IMG/VR virus record: IMGVR_UViG_3300004151_000006 | Span: 1-64,000 of that record | DNA: 64,000 bases | Reading direction: 5' to 3' (one strand) | Shown here: positions 47,678 to 57,978 of the stretch, one piece after another | Numbering within the stretch: position 1 is the first letter of the stretch | Layout: the number at the start of each line of letters is the position of its first letter | Notes under the pieces: model-generated | What the model was told of the DNA's origin: nothing | Databases searched by the model: none | The model's input: the letters and a program-made list of their open reading frames with translations, nothing else | Made by a program: the position numbers and the translations under genes

Positions 47678-49234
47678 ATGAAAGCTTATGCTAAGATTAT
47701 GGCTGGTGTAGAAGCCGCATTGCCCCCATTTGAGGATGATACCATATGTGAATATAGAAAAAATGAAATCAACCGTAGTTTAGAATATATTGATAATGTA
47801 TGGCATGAAGCTATGCGCTATAGTAAAAATGAAATCAAATATCTTGGATATACAGTATTATCTCCTGAACATAGATTAGATGAGCTTAATGATCCAGCAT
47901 TTAAACGTGGGTATAATATTCAATGGTCAGAACTCATCTTAGTGAGATTTGATTTTTCATTTGAAAATGAAAGAATCTCAGTTCATATGCATTTACCGTA
48001 TTATCGTGATGGTGCTATCACTATTGATGATACTAAATATTATCTTCAATTGGCTATCATTGATAAAATCATTTCACGTATTCCAAATGGTATCATCATT
48101 AAGGTAATGCGTTCACCTATTAAATTCTTTAGACATGAACAGTTTGGCTATGTCACCACTAAAGGTAAATCTTTTATTGAATCTATCATTACTACACAGA
48201 TACATTGGAAGACTAGAAAACGTACAAAGAAAGATCCACAGACTGCACTCCTTTTATATCCTTTAGGTAAATTTGGATTAGCTGAAACATTAGCTAGATT
48301 CGGTATCACATATGACGATTTGTGTTTTGTAGAAGAAGAAGATCTCATGGTGGCCGAAGATGTAGTCTTTGTAAAGATCAAGGAAAAATTGTATCTTAAA
48401 AGTAAATTACATATGTTTACTGGTGAAACTGGACGTATTATTGCTTCACTTATTTATTGTTTAAAATTTTATCGTGATGCCAATATTCAAAATGTATATG
48501 ATACTGTTGGTACTATTTGGAAGATTATTTTAGGTAAAAGTATCCATGGTCATCAAACTCCTGGCCCATTAGCACATAATCATACTGAAAAACATTTTGC
48601 TAGTTTATCCACATATTTAGATTATCTAACACAACATGAACTCACTACCATAGGTGTTTGTGTGGATGATATTTATGATCTTCTTATTGTTGTATTTAAA
48701 AATATTGATAAATGGATAGCTAATTATCGACCAAATAATCTATATGATAAAAAGCTTGGTGTACTTGAACTTATTTTAAGCCCTATTGTAGAAGCTATCT
48801 TTAATAAAATGTATAGTAATCCCAATGATCAGAAGCTCACTATCAAAAGTGTGAGAAATATGCTTAGAGTACCTAGCAAGAAGATAGCTGCTCTTTATAA
48901 ATGTGGGGCTATTCAAGGTGCCACTATCATCAATGATAATGAATTACTCACCATTCAAGGTAAGAAAATCATTCAACCGATTGATGCAGAAAAATCAGGA
49001 AAGAAAGGTAAAGGGAAGCGTCAAGCAAATATCATCACTGATCCAACATATGCATTTGATACATCACAAGTAGTGATTGAATCTATTCTTTCTATACCAG
49101 CTTCAAATCCAGGTGCAGCAGGCTTTATCAATCCCTATGCAAAAATTGATAATAGAGGTAATCTTCTTTGTCCAGAATATGCACGAGATGATCTTGATGA
49201 TCTTAAGCGATACTTACCTTCCCGCAGTGGGTAA
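47678..49234 (+). CDS. non-virion RNA polymerase beta N-terminal subunit (phiKZ gp123-like)
   Basis: EYIDNVW, LPYYRDGAITIDDTKYY, HFASLSTYLD, NLYDKKLGVLELIL, GFINPY. Confidence 0.78.
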   Translation: MKAYAKIMAGVEAALPPFEDDTICEYRKNEINRSLEYIDNVWHEAMRYSKNEIKYLGYTVLSPEHRLDELNDPAFKRGYNIQWSELILVRFDFSFENERISVHMHLPYYRDGAITIDDTKYYLQLAIIDKIISRIPNGIIIKVMRSPIKFFRHEQFGYVTTKGKSFIESIITTQIHWKTRKRTKKDPQTALLLYPLGKFGLAETLARFGITYDDLCFVEEEDLMVAEDVVFVKIKEKLYLKSKLHMFTGETGRIIASLIYCLKFYRDANIQNVYDTVGTIWKIILGKSIHGHQTPGPLAHNHTEKHFASLSTYLDYLTQHELTTIGVCVDDIYDLLIVVFKNIDKWIANYRPNNLYDKKLGVLELILSPIVEAIFNKMYSNPNDQKLTIKSVRNMLRVPSKKIAALYKCGAIQGATIINDNELLTIQGKKIIQPIDAEKSGKKGKGKRQANIITDPTYAFDTSQVVIESILSIPASNPGAAGFINPYAKIDNRGNLLCPEYARDDLDDLKRYLPSRSG

Positions 49235-49292
49235 TGTTATCAATAAGTATCATTGAGTATATATACTTCAACAACTTTAACAAGGAGTAGGC

Positions 49293-50936
49293 ATGGCTAT
49301 CGGTATGCCACCGTTTCAGGGTGCTATGATGATGCCACAAGCAGAGCACCCACTCACAAATGTATATGATCAGCTTGGTCAAACCCAAGTAATGCCAGCA
49401 TTGGTCAAAGCCTATGGTCTCAATAATCAAGAATATTCAGTGGTAACGCAGTTTTTAAATTCCAATGCAGCTAATTTCTTAAATGATTTTTGTAGTAGAT
49501 ACTTAAATAATCAAGGTGGATATGATCCTAATATGTTGTGCACACTGATGTATAAATTTGCAGAAAATTATTTGGTAGCACATATACGTGGTGCACAAAA
49601 TAGAAATATCCCCGCATTACCAAATGTGTCTGCATTTGCAGCACCACAATTGGCTGCAGGATCATCTATGGATTATTATGCAATTGGTATGGGTAATGTC
49701 AACACAAGTATTGTACCAAATGTTCCACAGAATCAAACTACTGGATATATTCAAGAAGCAATCCCGAATACTCAGCCAGTGCAGAACCATATTGCTGCAC
49801 CAAGACAGGAGACACCTATGGCACCAGTCATTGCACAGGAAGAGGATCCACAAGGCGATATCTCCTGTAGTGTGGATAAATTAGTGATTCAACCACAGAG
49901 TGATGAAGAAAAGAAATGGATGGATATCATCAATTCATCCAAAGCACAGACGTGTAAAGCTATGTTTCATTTTGTCAGTGATAAAAATGGTGAACAGTAT
50001 AAATTCAATCATGTGAAAGTTCATGTCCCCTATTCAAATAAAGAAAATGCTTTTATGGATATGATTACTGCATATCCGCAATTGTTTGTAGGTAACTACG
50101 CTACTTTAATGGAATTTTATACATATCTACCAATGGGTATCCATTTCTCTCAAGGCAAACCCATCTTTGATAATCTGAAAGATAGTTTTAGTAAGAATCC
50201 TTATGCACTTGGAAACCGTGTATTGGAACAATCTTTTGGTCAAGCTTATGGTGGTCAGGTCAGTATCATTTCTGAAGATATGATACGTATGCTCAACAAT
50301 ATGTTTGGATGTTATCTCAGCAAAGTGGATGCCAACAATCATGTAGAAATTTGTAAAATTGAAGAATTAGTTGATATCATTGCTATCCAGCAGGGGACCG
50401 ATCCAAGCTTGACAAATTTCACTAAATTTGAAATGTATAATGATAATGCTCTTGGTTGTGTGAAAGCAGCAATCAATGCATATTTTCATATTTTGGATCC
50501 TGAACGTAGACCTTATCTCAGATGTGAAGATGAAGAAATGAATCTGGCTGCATCTATGGAGATGAGTGGTATCCGTGTAGGCGATTATATTGGTCGTGAT
50601 TTTAATCTGATGCATGAAGAAAATGAAAACGTAATTAAATCTATCGTAGATCAATTGCGTAAGCGTACTATTGGACTCAAGAAACATACTGTACTCTTTA
50701 CTAACATTGATTTTCCTGATACTAAACGTATCGCAAAATATGGTCGTATCGCTATCAAGAAAGTGAGACATCCTTTGTATTTTATCTTGCAACATTTGGT
50801 AGAGAACTATCCCATTGATTTGTATAATATCGATCTTAAAGAGACTAAAGATGCTATCCCAATGTATCTCAATGTGGGTGTCAGTGTGAATGGTTTTATG
50901 ATCATTAAAATAGCAGATTATGATCCTGCAATGTAG
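49293..50936 (+). CDS. hypothetical protein, Q/P-rich linker
   Basis: AAGGAG RBS; 547 aa. Confidence 0.75.
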   Translation: MAIGMPPFQGAMMMPQAEHPLTNVYDQLGQTQVMPALVKAYGLNNQEYSVVTQFLNSNAANFLNDFCSRYLNNQGGYDPNMLCTLMYKFAENYLVAHIRGAQNRNIPALPNVSAFAAPQLAAGSSMDYYAIGMGNVNTSIVPNVPQNQTTGYIQEAIPNTQPVQNHIAAPRQETPMAPVIAQEEDPQGDISCSVDKLVIQPQSDEEKKWMDIINSSKAQTCKAMFHFVSDKNGEQYKFNHVKVHVPYSNKENAFMDMITAYPQLFVGNYATLMEFYTYLPMGIHFSQGKPIFDNLKDSFSKNPYALGNRVLEQSFGQAYGGQVSIISEDMIRMLNNMFGCYLSKVDANNHVEICKIEELVDIIAIQQGTDPSLTNFTKFEMYNDNALGCVKAAINAYFHILDPERRPYLRCEDEEMNLAASMEMSGIRVGDYIGRDFNLMHEENENVIKSIVDQLRKRTIGLKKHTVLFTNIDFPDTKRIAKYGRIAIKKVRHPLYFILQHLVENYPIDLYNIDLKETKDAIPMYLNVGVSVNGFMIIKIADYDPAM

Positions 50937-50947
50937 TCAATAGTATC

Positions 50948-50985
50948 TAGATAGAGGATGCCCCATGTGGGGCATCCTCTATCTA
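50948..50985. terminator. GC-rich hairpin (18-bp arms) between convergent genes
   Basis: tagatagaggatgcccca-tg-tggggcatcctctatcta. Confidence 0.75.
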
Positions 50986-51011
50986 CTATGCATGATATTT
51001 ATTTTTTTTTA

Positions 51012-51866
51012 TTAATCTGTAGAGATGGTATCTCCTGTGACATATATTGAACCCTCTGTGAATAAAAAGCGTCTTGTATCCGTAGCTGAAGGATGTGACA
51101 TATCAGTACCATTCCAAGTAGTCACAGCACTCATGTAAGTACACATACTTTCAGTGTAACTAAACTTTATACCCTGATAATTAAACGCTTCTACTAAATT
51201 ATCTTCACCTGCATAAACACCAAGTTCAGAAAGTACACCATATCTGAGATCACCATCATAAAGTACATTGATAGCTTCAACCACTTCTTCACCAGTGATA
51301 GAAGCTTTACCAATAGCACAAGTAGTGATCTCACTAAGTGTGGCATCTACCAATCCAGATGTTGAAGGTTTCTTACGTGTAGGTCGAAGATTAGTAGCAT
51401 CTAAAATATATGCTGATTCTTTTTGTGTAACCGGATCAGTATAGATAAATCCAACTTCATCAGTAAATTCAATCTTCTTAAGATAATAACAATAATACTT
51501 GACACCACCAAAAGTCTGGAGTACACGCATACGATATTTAGCACGTTCATTGGGAGTCAGTAGACTATCTTCATCTTCAGGGAGACATCTAAATGGAATA
51601 GGTTTAGCTAAATTCATTTCATCAGTTACGGGCTTATATGTTTCAGAAAGATCAGTATCTGATACATTATATTTACCACCAATACCAATACCAAAATATT
51701 GAATCTTAGGGATAGCTACTGGCTGTACTGCTTGATATACATTATAAAGAGAATTGATAGTACAATCCATATCAGGATTAAAAGTAACAGGAAGTCTTCC
51801 ACATAAACCAAGTTTGGATTCAATGAGTGTCTTAGTGGTATGTACCACCATACGAGAACTATCCAT
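51012..51866 (-). CDS. virion structural protein (phiKZ-like)
   Basis: YFGIGIGG, PIPFR, YRMRV...YYLKKI; in structural block. Confidence 0.7.
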   Translation of the reverse strand: MDSSRMVVHTTKTLIESKLGLCGRLPVTFNPDMDCTINSLYNVYQAVQPVAIPKIQYFGIGIGGKYNVSDTDLSETYKPVTDEMNLAKPIPFRCLPEDEDSLLTPNERAKYRMRVLQTFGGVKYYCYYLKKIEFTDEVGFIYTDPVTQKESAYILDATNLRPTRKKPSTSGLVDATLSEITTCAIGKASITGEEVVEAINVLYDGDLRYGVLSELGVYAGEDNLVEAFNYQGIKFSYTESMCTYMSAVTTWNGTDMSHPSATDTRRFLFTEGSIYVTGDTISTD

Positions 51867-53985
51867 CTGTCGACTCTCCTAACAGGTATATGTGCATACC
51901 TGATCTAAAGTTAGTACAAGACTTAATTGCTTGGACTGTAGAAATGAGTTCTTTCTGAGCTATTGATAAATTTGATCGTATTTCAGATTTCATATTAATT
52001 GTACGATTGATATCTGTAAATAATTTGATTTCATTTAAAGTATGAGGAATTGCATCTATCATTAATTCTTGTGGTATCTTCAATGTACCACTATTGTGAT
52101 ATTCTGGGTCACAATGACACTTCATATTAGTAATAACCACATATTCATTTTTATCTCTTGGGGTATCTAAAAATACCACATTATAACTACATAATTGAAC
52201 AAAGAGTTTTCTTAATGTACTATAAAGTTTTTCTAAATATTCAGTAGAACCAACAAGATCAGACATACCTTTAGTGATTGGAAATACTGCCACCAATAAG
52301 GCATTTAATAATTTAGAATAATCTGCTTCATTCTCATTGTAATAATTAATAAGATTGTAATATTCAATATGTCTATCATCATGAAACCATGTAGTATAAT
52401 CAGTATAATCTGATAACTTCAATGTATGTGTTTGTTTATTAAGAAGTGTGGTATAGAGTACTTTCATAGCCCGCACTGCTACATCATTACCTTCACTAAA
52501 AGTATATCTCACATCTCTAAGTAATGCACTGAACAATGTGGTTATATAATCTGAAAAAGTATCTTGATTTCTAAATGTTTCATTAGTATAATGAATGGTA
52601 TTCATGATCTTATCAACATCAATAAATTTAGATAACCTATATTTAACATAAAGATAAGTAAACTCTTTAGGTAACGTTTGTGGATACTTTTTATGATAAA
52701 CTATATTTGTAGTAAATTTGGTCGGTAATAGATCTGGTGTCTCTTTCTGTAATTTACATGCTGCGTAATAGATCAAAGCTAATGCATCTTCCATAGAAAG
52801 TTGCAATAATGTATTTGTGATTGGATCTATCACATTAATGTCATAATCTATCTGACCTTCAATATAGCGATAAATTGTTGTTTCAAATAAAAAATTAGAT
52901 AAAAGATCTTCCCATCTCGTATAAATGGAATTTTTTTTCATTTCTAGAAATTTAGTGGGCATCATGTTGACACGTGTCTTTTGATAATCAGATGTTAATT
53001 TATCCACATAAGCAGTAGAAATATCATGATCTAAGTTGCTATCATAAATACGAAGATTCATTTCTTCAATAGTAGTAGCATCTTTATATTGGACATCATC
53101 CGATACTTTCATGGAAGTGATTTCTGGAATAGTGTCACAAGTAATTGTGCTATTTTTAGTCTGTTGTACAAGATCTTTGCCATAGAGTGTAATAGCCATT
53201 TCACTCAATATATTATCTGCCAATACCTGCATGGTATTATGTTTACCCTGATTTTTATATACCCATTTTAAATTTCTATACAACCATAAAGATTGTTTAT
53301 TGGTCAATACATCCCTATAATCCCCAATTCCTTTGGAGGTAAGATACTCCCATACGTGAAATGGATGTACATGCGGGGTACCTATGTTATACACTCTTTT
53401 ACTGAATAGTATGTTTGGTAAAGCTTGCCAAAGCATATAATAAAATGCTTGTGGATAAAGATCTTCAAATACATATTCTGTAGTCCACCATCTCACTTTG
53501 ACATAATTAAGAAATTCTCTTAATGTATCAAGTAAACTTTCTCTTTCATATTCATATAACAAAGTATCATCATAAGCAAGTAATGATAATTCATCTGCAT
53601 CAATACAAGTTTGCACATCCTTGACTGGATATAAAATAGATCTGATGAGATGTGTTTGATGTGGATACTTTTTACATAAAAGAGTATGTTCTTTACTCGG
53701 TATCTTAAAAAATTCAAAGAGTCTTGGTCTTGTAATAGCTAATGATTTTTCAAATAAAATCTCTTTATCATCTTCTTTAGAATAAATATACATTGGGGTA
53801 TCGTATGATTGGTATTCTCCGCACAAATTATGATAATATGGATTCCAATCTGCATTAATATCAGTATATCCATTTGCTAACATGAGTTGTTCACCATATA
53901 TATATGAGAATGGTGAAAATTTGATAGTACATGTTCTTAAGAAATTAAACACCTCATCCCGATATATTGTTACATGACCGGCCAT
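51859..53985 (-). CDS. virion structural protein (phiKZ gp128-like)
   Basis: YYHNLCGEY, HPFHVWEYL, LWLYRN, QLCSY; divergent from portal. Confidence 0.7.
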   Translation of the reverse strand: MAGHVTIYRDEVFNFLRTCTIKFSPFSYIYGEQLMLANGYTDINADWNPYYHNLCGEYQSYDTPMYIYSKEDDKEILFEKSLAITRPRLFEFFKIPSKEHTLLCKKYPHQTHLIRSILYPVKDVQTCIDADELSLLAYDDTLLYEYERESLLDTLREFLNYVKVRWWTTEYVFEDLYPQAFYYMLWQALPNILFSKRVYNIGTPHVHPFHVWEYLTSKGIGDYRDVLTNKQSLWLYRNLKWVYKNQGKHNTMQVLADNILSEMAITLYGKDLVQQTKNSTITCDTIPEITSMKVSDDVQYKDATTIEEMNLRIYDSNLDHDISTAYVDKLTSDYQKTRVNMMPTKFLEMKKNSIYTRWEDLLSNFLFETTIYRYIEGQIDYDINVIDPITNTLLQLSMEDALALIYYAACKLQKETPDLLPTKFTTNIVYHKKYPQTLPKEFTYLYVKYRLSKFIDVDKIMNTIHYTNETFRNQDTFSDYITTLFSALLRDVRYTFSEGNDVAVRAMKVLYTTLLNKQTHTLKLSDYTDYTTWFHDDRHIEYYNLINYYNENEADYSKLLNALLVAVFPITKGMSDLVGSTEYLEKLYSTLRKLFVQLCSYNVVFLDTPRDKNEYVVITNMKCHCDPEYHNSGTLKIPQELMIDAIPHTLNEIKLFTDINRTINMKSEIRSNLSIAQKELISTVQAIKSCTNFRSGMHIYLLGESTDG

Positions 53986-54038
53986 GGCATCTCTCTTCTC
54001 CTTGTTTAAATGATTTTATCTTCTTAGGAGGATATCCT

Positions 54039-56828
54039 GTGGCAGATAGCGCCAAAATAGTACCCAGCGCATTTACACAATTAGCTGGAGTAATCGATGA
54101 AAAACCCCGTGTCACAAATATTAATAATAAAGAATTAAACAATACTCCAGTATCGAAATATAGTCATAATGAAATTCTCAGTGTAATCAGAAATACTTAT
54201 GTTAGTGATAAAGAAGTACCAAATCCGAATTTAGCCAATGCCGAAGGACTCATATCATACTTTCTACCGATACATGAACAAATTGGACAAGTACTTCTTG
54301 ATACTGAGAAAATGAAGAAGTTAGCACCTGAAATCAATCAAGCTAAACTCATTCGTATCTCTTCTATCATGTCACCCAATGATATGCAAGATGGTAAATT
54401 TATTTTTGACATAGACCAAATACCTGGACTCACAGAAGATGCTCGTAAAAAGATCACAGACCTGCTTAGTGAATTTTTTAATGAGACTGAAAAGTTAGCT
54501 AAGAAAGCAGCCAAATGGTCTGGTGATGCGCTCTATGGTCCAGGAGCTAGTCCAGTATTGTTACTCCCATCAAGTTATCAAAAAGCTATGCATGAAGATG
54601 GTAAACATATTATCGGTAATCGAACTGATGATAAAGTGATTGGGAATACTTCATTATCTGTTGAATCAATCAAATTTACAAAACAAGAATATATGAAGAA
54701 ATTAGAAAATACTTTTATCTACACTGATAACACTGTTGGTATTGAACATTGGGCACTTACTATTCAGAAAGATACTGATCATAAATCAAAATGGGTAGAT
54801 GACATCTATGATAATTTGCCCACCACTTATTTATTAGATAAAGAAAAAGATGAACTTCGTGTTGGTATTGAACAAATCACTGTAAATTTTATCAAACAAA
54901 TTGAAGCAGGTGATATTATTAAATTAACTGAAAATCCAGAGATCATCAAATTTGCTACTGAATATAGAAAAAATACAAGTAAACAATTGGAAAATAAATT
55001 ACAAAATCATTTTAACATGCAAATGTCATATAAACAAGAAGATCTAATTAGTTTAAATAAATATATTAATACTAAAGAAGTAGATGACACACATCCACTC
55101 ATGTTGGATATCCCAGCTGAATCTGTGATACCAATCTGTGTACCGAGTAATGAACGTGAACATCTCGGATATTTTATATTACTTGACGAATCAGGTCAAC
55201 CAATTAAGGCTGATGAAAGCAGAATCTCTAATTCTAATGGTTGGGGTGGTGGGCCACAAGCTGCCTTTCAAGCTATGTTCGGTAGTAGTGAACGTAATAT
55301 ATTTCAATCTCCCAATTTCAAAAACTATGAAGAGATGACAGTACGTAAAATCTTTAATGGCCTGTTAGATGAATATCTTAAATCCAAGCTACGTGGTATT
55401 GGACATGAAGATGTCACTATTGATAAAACCAATGCTATCATGACCACCATGCTGTATAGGTTACTTGAACATAAACGTACTCGTATTTTATTTATCCCTT
55501 CATTTTTGATGTCATATATTTGTTTTGATTATCGAAAAAATGGTACAGGTAAATCTTTATTAGAAGATATTCATTATCTTCTTTCATTACGTGTGACCTT
55601 TCAAGTAGCTGCACTTATGGGTATGGCTAAAGATGCAATCAATCATCGTACTTTAAATCTCACTTTTGCAAATCAAGAAACCAATCCTCGAGCACTCATG
55701 GATCAATTGGTCAATATGTTTGTTGAAAAAGAACGTATGCCATTTAGTTTAGATCCCACTGAAGTATCTCGAGGTATAGCTAGAAATGCTATCTCTGTAG
55801 CACCAAAAAACTTACCAGGATTAGATGAGTTTGGTATTGAACGTGTCAATGATGCTGGTGGTGGTGGCAATAAACCAGATACTGAATTGCTAGATACTAT
55901 CACTAATATGTTAGTCACGGCATTGGGTGTACCTTACAGTGCACTCAATCAATTGGCTGAACAAGAATATGCTAAATCTATCGTTACTACTAATTTATTT
56001 TATTCCAAACAAATCAGACAAGATCAGGATATCCTTTGCCTATTTGCTGAGCATCTTGTTAAACAATATATAAAATTTTCTCCTAAATTACAAACTAAAA
56101 TTCAAGCTATTATCAAAGAGTTTTTAAAAGATCCAGATGATACATCTGAAGAAGCTGAAAAGAAAAATGAAAAACGTGGTACAGTACCTTCTACCCAACA
56201 TGCTCCTGAACTAGAAAATGATGTGATCACCAAACTCAACATGATTACAAAGCTAGTCATTGATAGTATCAGACTTAAATTACCCACACCAAATATTGCT
56301 CAAGATAAAGCACAATATGCTGAAATTACAGAATATATAAATGCACTTGATCAGTTCCTTAATGTCAAATATGCCAATGAATTAGTACCTGCTGATAACA
56401 TGGAGGCTACTACTGCACTCAATGTAATCAAAGCTACTATTAAGAGTATTGCAATTGATGATTTCTTTAGTAAGGTTGGTGTAGTCAATACCATGGATCT
56501 TCCTTCCATCGAAGAATTTATTGCTAAACATGATGCCACTGATGTACTACAGATATTGATGAACTTTAATAAAGGACTCAAAGATGTAGCTACTAAATTT
56601 GGGAGTGCTGATCCAATGGGCATGGGTGGTAGCGATATGAGTATGATGGGAGATGACATGATGGGTGGTATGGGTGATGAAGGTATGATGGGAGATGAAC
56701 CACCTATGGATATGAATATGGATACTGGACCAGAGATGATGCCAGATGAAGTGCCCACATCCACTAAAGAAGAAAATAAAAACATGGATGGTACTTTTAA
56801 TATTCCTGAAGATAATAAGCCAGTGTAG
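54039..56828 (+). CDS. portal protein (phiKZ gp129-like)
   Basis: PEINQA..IRISSIMSP, IPAESVIP..P...HLGYFILLDESGQP, DYRKNGTGKSLLE; AGGAGG + GTG 54039. Confidence 0.75.
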   Translation: MADSAKIVPSAFTQLAGVIDEKPRVTNINNKELNNTPVSKYSHNEILSVIRNTYVSDKEVPNPNLANAEGLISYFLPIHEQIGQVLLDTEKMKKLAPEINQAKLIRISSIMSPNDMQDGKFIFDIDQIPGLTEDARKKITDLLSEFFNETEKLAKKAAKWSGDALYGPGASPVLLLPSSYQKAMHEDGKHIIGNRTDDKVIGNTSLSVESIKFTKQEYMKKLENTFIYTDNTVGIEHWALTIQKDTDHKSKWVDDIYDNLPTTYLLDKEKDELRVGIEQITVNFIKQIEAGDIIKLTENPEIIKFATEYRKNTSKQLENKLQNHFNMQMSYKQEDLISLNKYINTKEVDDTHPLMLDIPAESVIPICVPSNEREHLGYFILLDESGQPIKADESRISNSNGWGGGPQAAFQAMFGSSERNIFQSPNFKNYEEMTVRKIFNGLLDEYLKSKLRGIGHEDVTIDKTNAIMTTMLYRLLEHKRTRILFIPSFLMSYICFDYRKNGTGKSLLEDIHYLLSLRVTFQVAALMGMAKDAINHRTLNLTFANQETNPRALMDQLVNMFVEKERMPFSLDPTEVSRGIARNAISVAPKNLPGLDEFGIERVNDAGGGGNKPDTELLDTITNMLVTALGVPYSALNQLAEQEYAKSIVTTNLFYSKQIRQDQDILCLFAEHLVKQYIKFSPKLQTKIQAIIKEFLKDPDDTSEEAEKKNEKRGTVPSTQHAPELENDVITKLNMITKLVIDSIRLKLPTPNIAQDKAQYAEITEYINALDQFLNVKYANELVPADNMEATTALNVIKATIKSIAIDDFFSKVGVVNTMDLPSIEEFIAKHDATDVLQILMNFNKGLKDVATKFGSADPMGMGGSDMSMMGDDMMGGMGDEGMMGDEPPMDMNMDTGPEMMPDEVPTSTKEENKNMDGTFNIPEDNKPV

Positions 56829-56837
56829 TATGATCTC

Positions 56838-56867
56838 CTGGAGAGGGGCCCTATGGCCCCTCTCCAG
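56838..56867. terminator. GC-rich hairpin between convergent genes
   Basis: ctggagaggggcc-ctat-ggcccctctccag. Confidence 0.75.
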
Positions 56868-56892
56868 ATAGATCAATTAGATGTGATGTTGG

Positions 56893-57975
56893 TTAAACGA
56901 GAGTTCCACCAGTGGCTTCAGTCGTATCCGTAGCCACGGTGGTAGTACCACGATAAGACTCACCATCAGCAGCAGCCGGGGCACTCTCAGTCAAGAGCTG
57001 ACCAGGTCCCTGGTAGTACTGATTGGTGGGATTGATTCCCCGATAGCCCTGGAAGGCCGTAGCATTGCCAGGAGCAGACACGGTATCTGGATTGTATCCA
57101 CCACCGTTGACTTCATCGGAGATGCCGTAGTTCTTGATCACCGGCTGAATGGCTTCATCGAAGCCAGTCTTGCCGAGGATACCAGGCAGGGCCAGGTTGT
57201 AGTTGACCTGATGCATACGCAGCATGACAGCCACCTGGTAGGCCAGCTCACGAATGTTTTCGTTGTGCTGGACGATGCCGGTGTACTGGATAGTGCGTTC
57301 CTGCAAGTTAGTCGTGTTGATGACACGCTGCAACTGCAGGGGACCAATATCCGTCGGGAAGACGTTCGTGTAGAACGCCGCATCGATGATGCGATCCGGA
57401 AGCATGGTGGCATCGTACTGGATCGCCAGGAAGCTCATTGACCAAGCTGTCATGACCCAGGGCGGAATCTCACCGATGTCGGTGTTCATCGAGAGGGCCG
57501 AAGCATTGGTATCCGGATGTTGCATATCGAAGATCCACCGACGGTGCAGGTTCCAGCAGAGGTTGCCGGTCACTTCGGTGTATTCGATAGACGGTGAGAT
57601 CTGACCGCGAGTGCTGCGTGTCGGGATCTTGAGTGTCTGGCCATCATGGCCAATGGGAGTTTCAGCAGTCTCAACTGCATAGTTAAACTCAATACCAGTC
57701 ACAGACTTAGCATGAGTCTCGACCATGGACTTGAGCATCATCTGGAGATCAGGGATCCCATCCCACATGGAAGGGGTATGAAGCACCACAATGACTGCCG
57801 GAGTGAATGCCAACGGAGTGGCCGCATCCAACTTGGTATACTTTACACCAGTCCCAAGTTGACCACCCGTGAACAGGTTACCAACAGCTCCACGCTGTCC
57901 GATGCCAAGTCCGGTGATGTTACCGATCAGAGCATCCGTCATGGAGTTAGGCGCAGCAATAGGTTTACCGTTCAT
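56893..57975 (-). CDS. tail tube protein (phiKZ gp30-like)
   Basis: LKSMVETHAKSVTGI, PIGHDGQ, NVFP; downstream of sheath; GC3-rich. Confidence 0.78.
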   Translation of the reverse strand: MNGKPIAAPNSMTDALIGNITGLGIGQRGAVGNLFTGGQLGTGVKYTKLDAATPLAFTPAVIVVLHTPSMWDGIPDLQMMLKSMVETHAKSVTGIEFNYAVETAETPIGHDGQTLKIPTRSTRGQISPSIEYTEVTGNLCWNLHRRWIFDMQHPDTNASALSMNTDIGEIPPWVMTAWSMSFLAIQYDATMLPDRIIDAAFYTNVFPTDIGPLQLQRVINTTNLQERTIQYTGIVQHNENIRELAYQVAVMLRMHQVNYNLALPGILGKTGFDEAIQPVIKNYGISDEVNGGGYNPDTVSAPGNATAFQGYRGINPTNQYYQGPGQLLTESAPAAADGESYRGTTTVATDTTEATGGTLV

Positions 57976-57978
57976 AGA

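Noticed and set aside
49293-50936. Chimallin (nuclear shell) or fifth non-virion RNAP subunit
   Set aside because: No motif I can recognise; size and position alone are insufficient.
99-56867. Palindromes as a CRISPR array, REP elements or IS ends
   Set aside because: Dispersed single copies with mostly different sequences; no spacers, cas genes or transposase.
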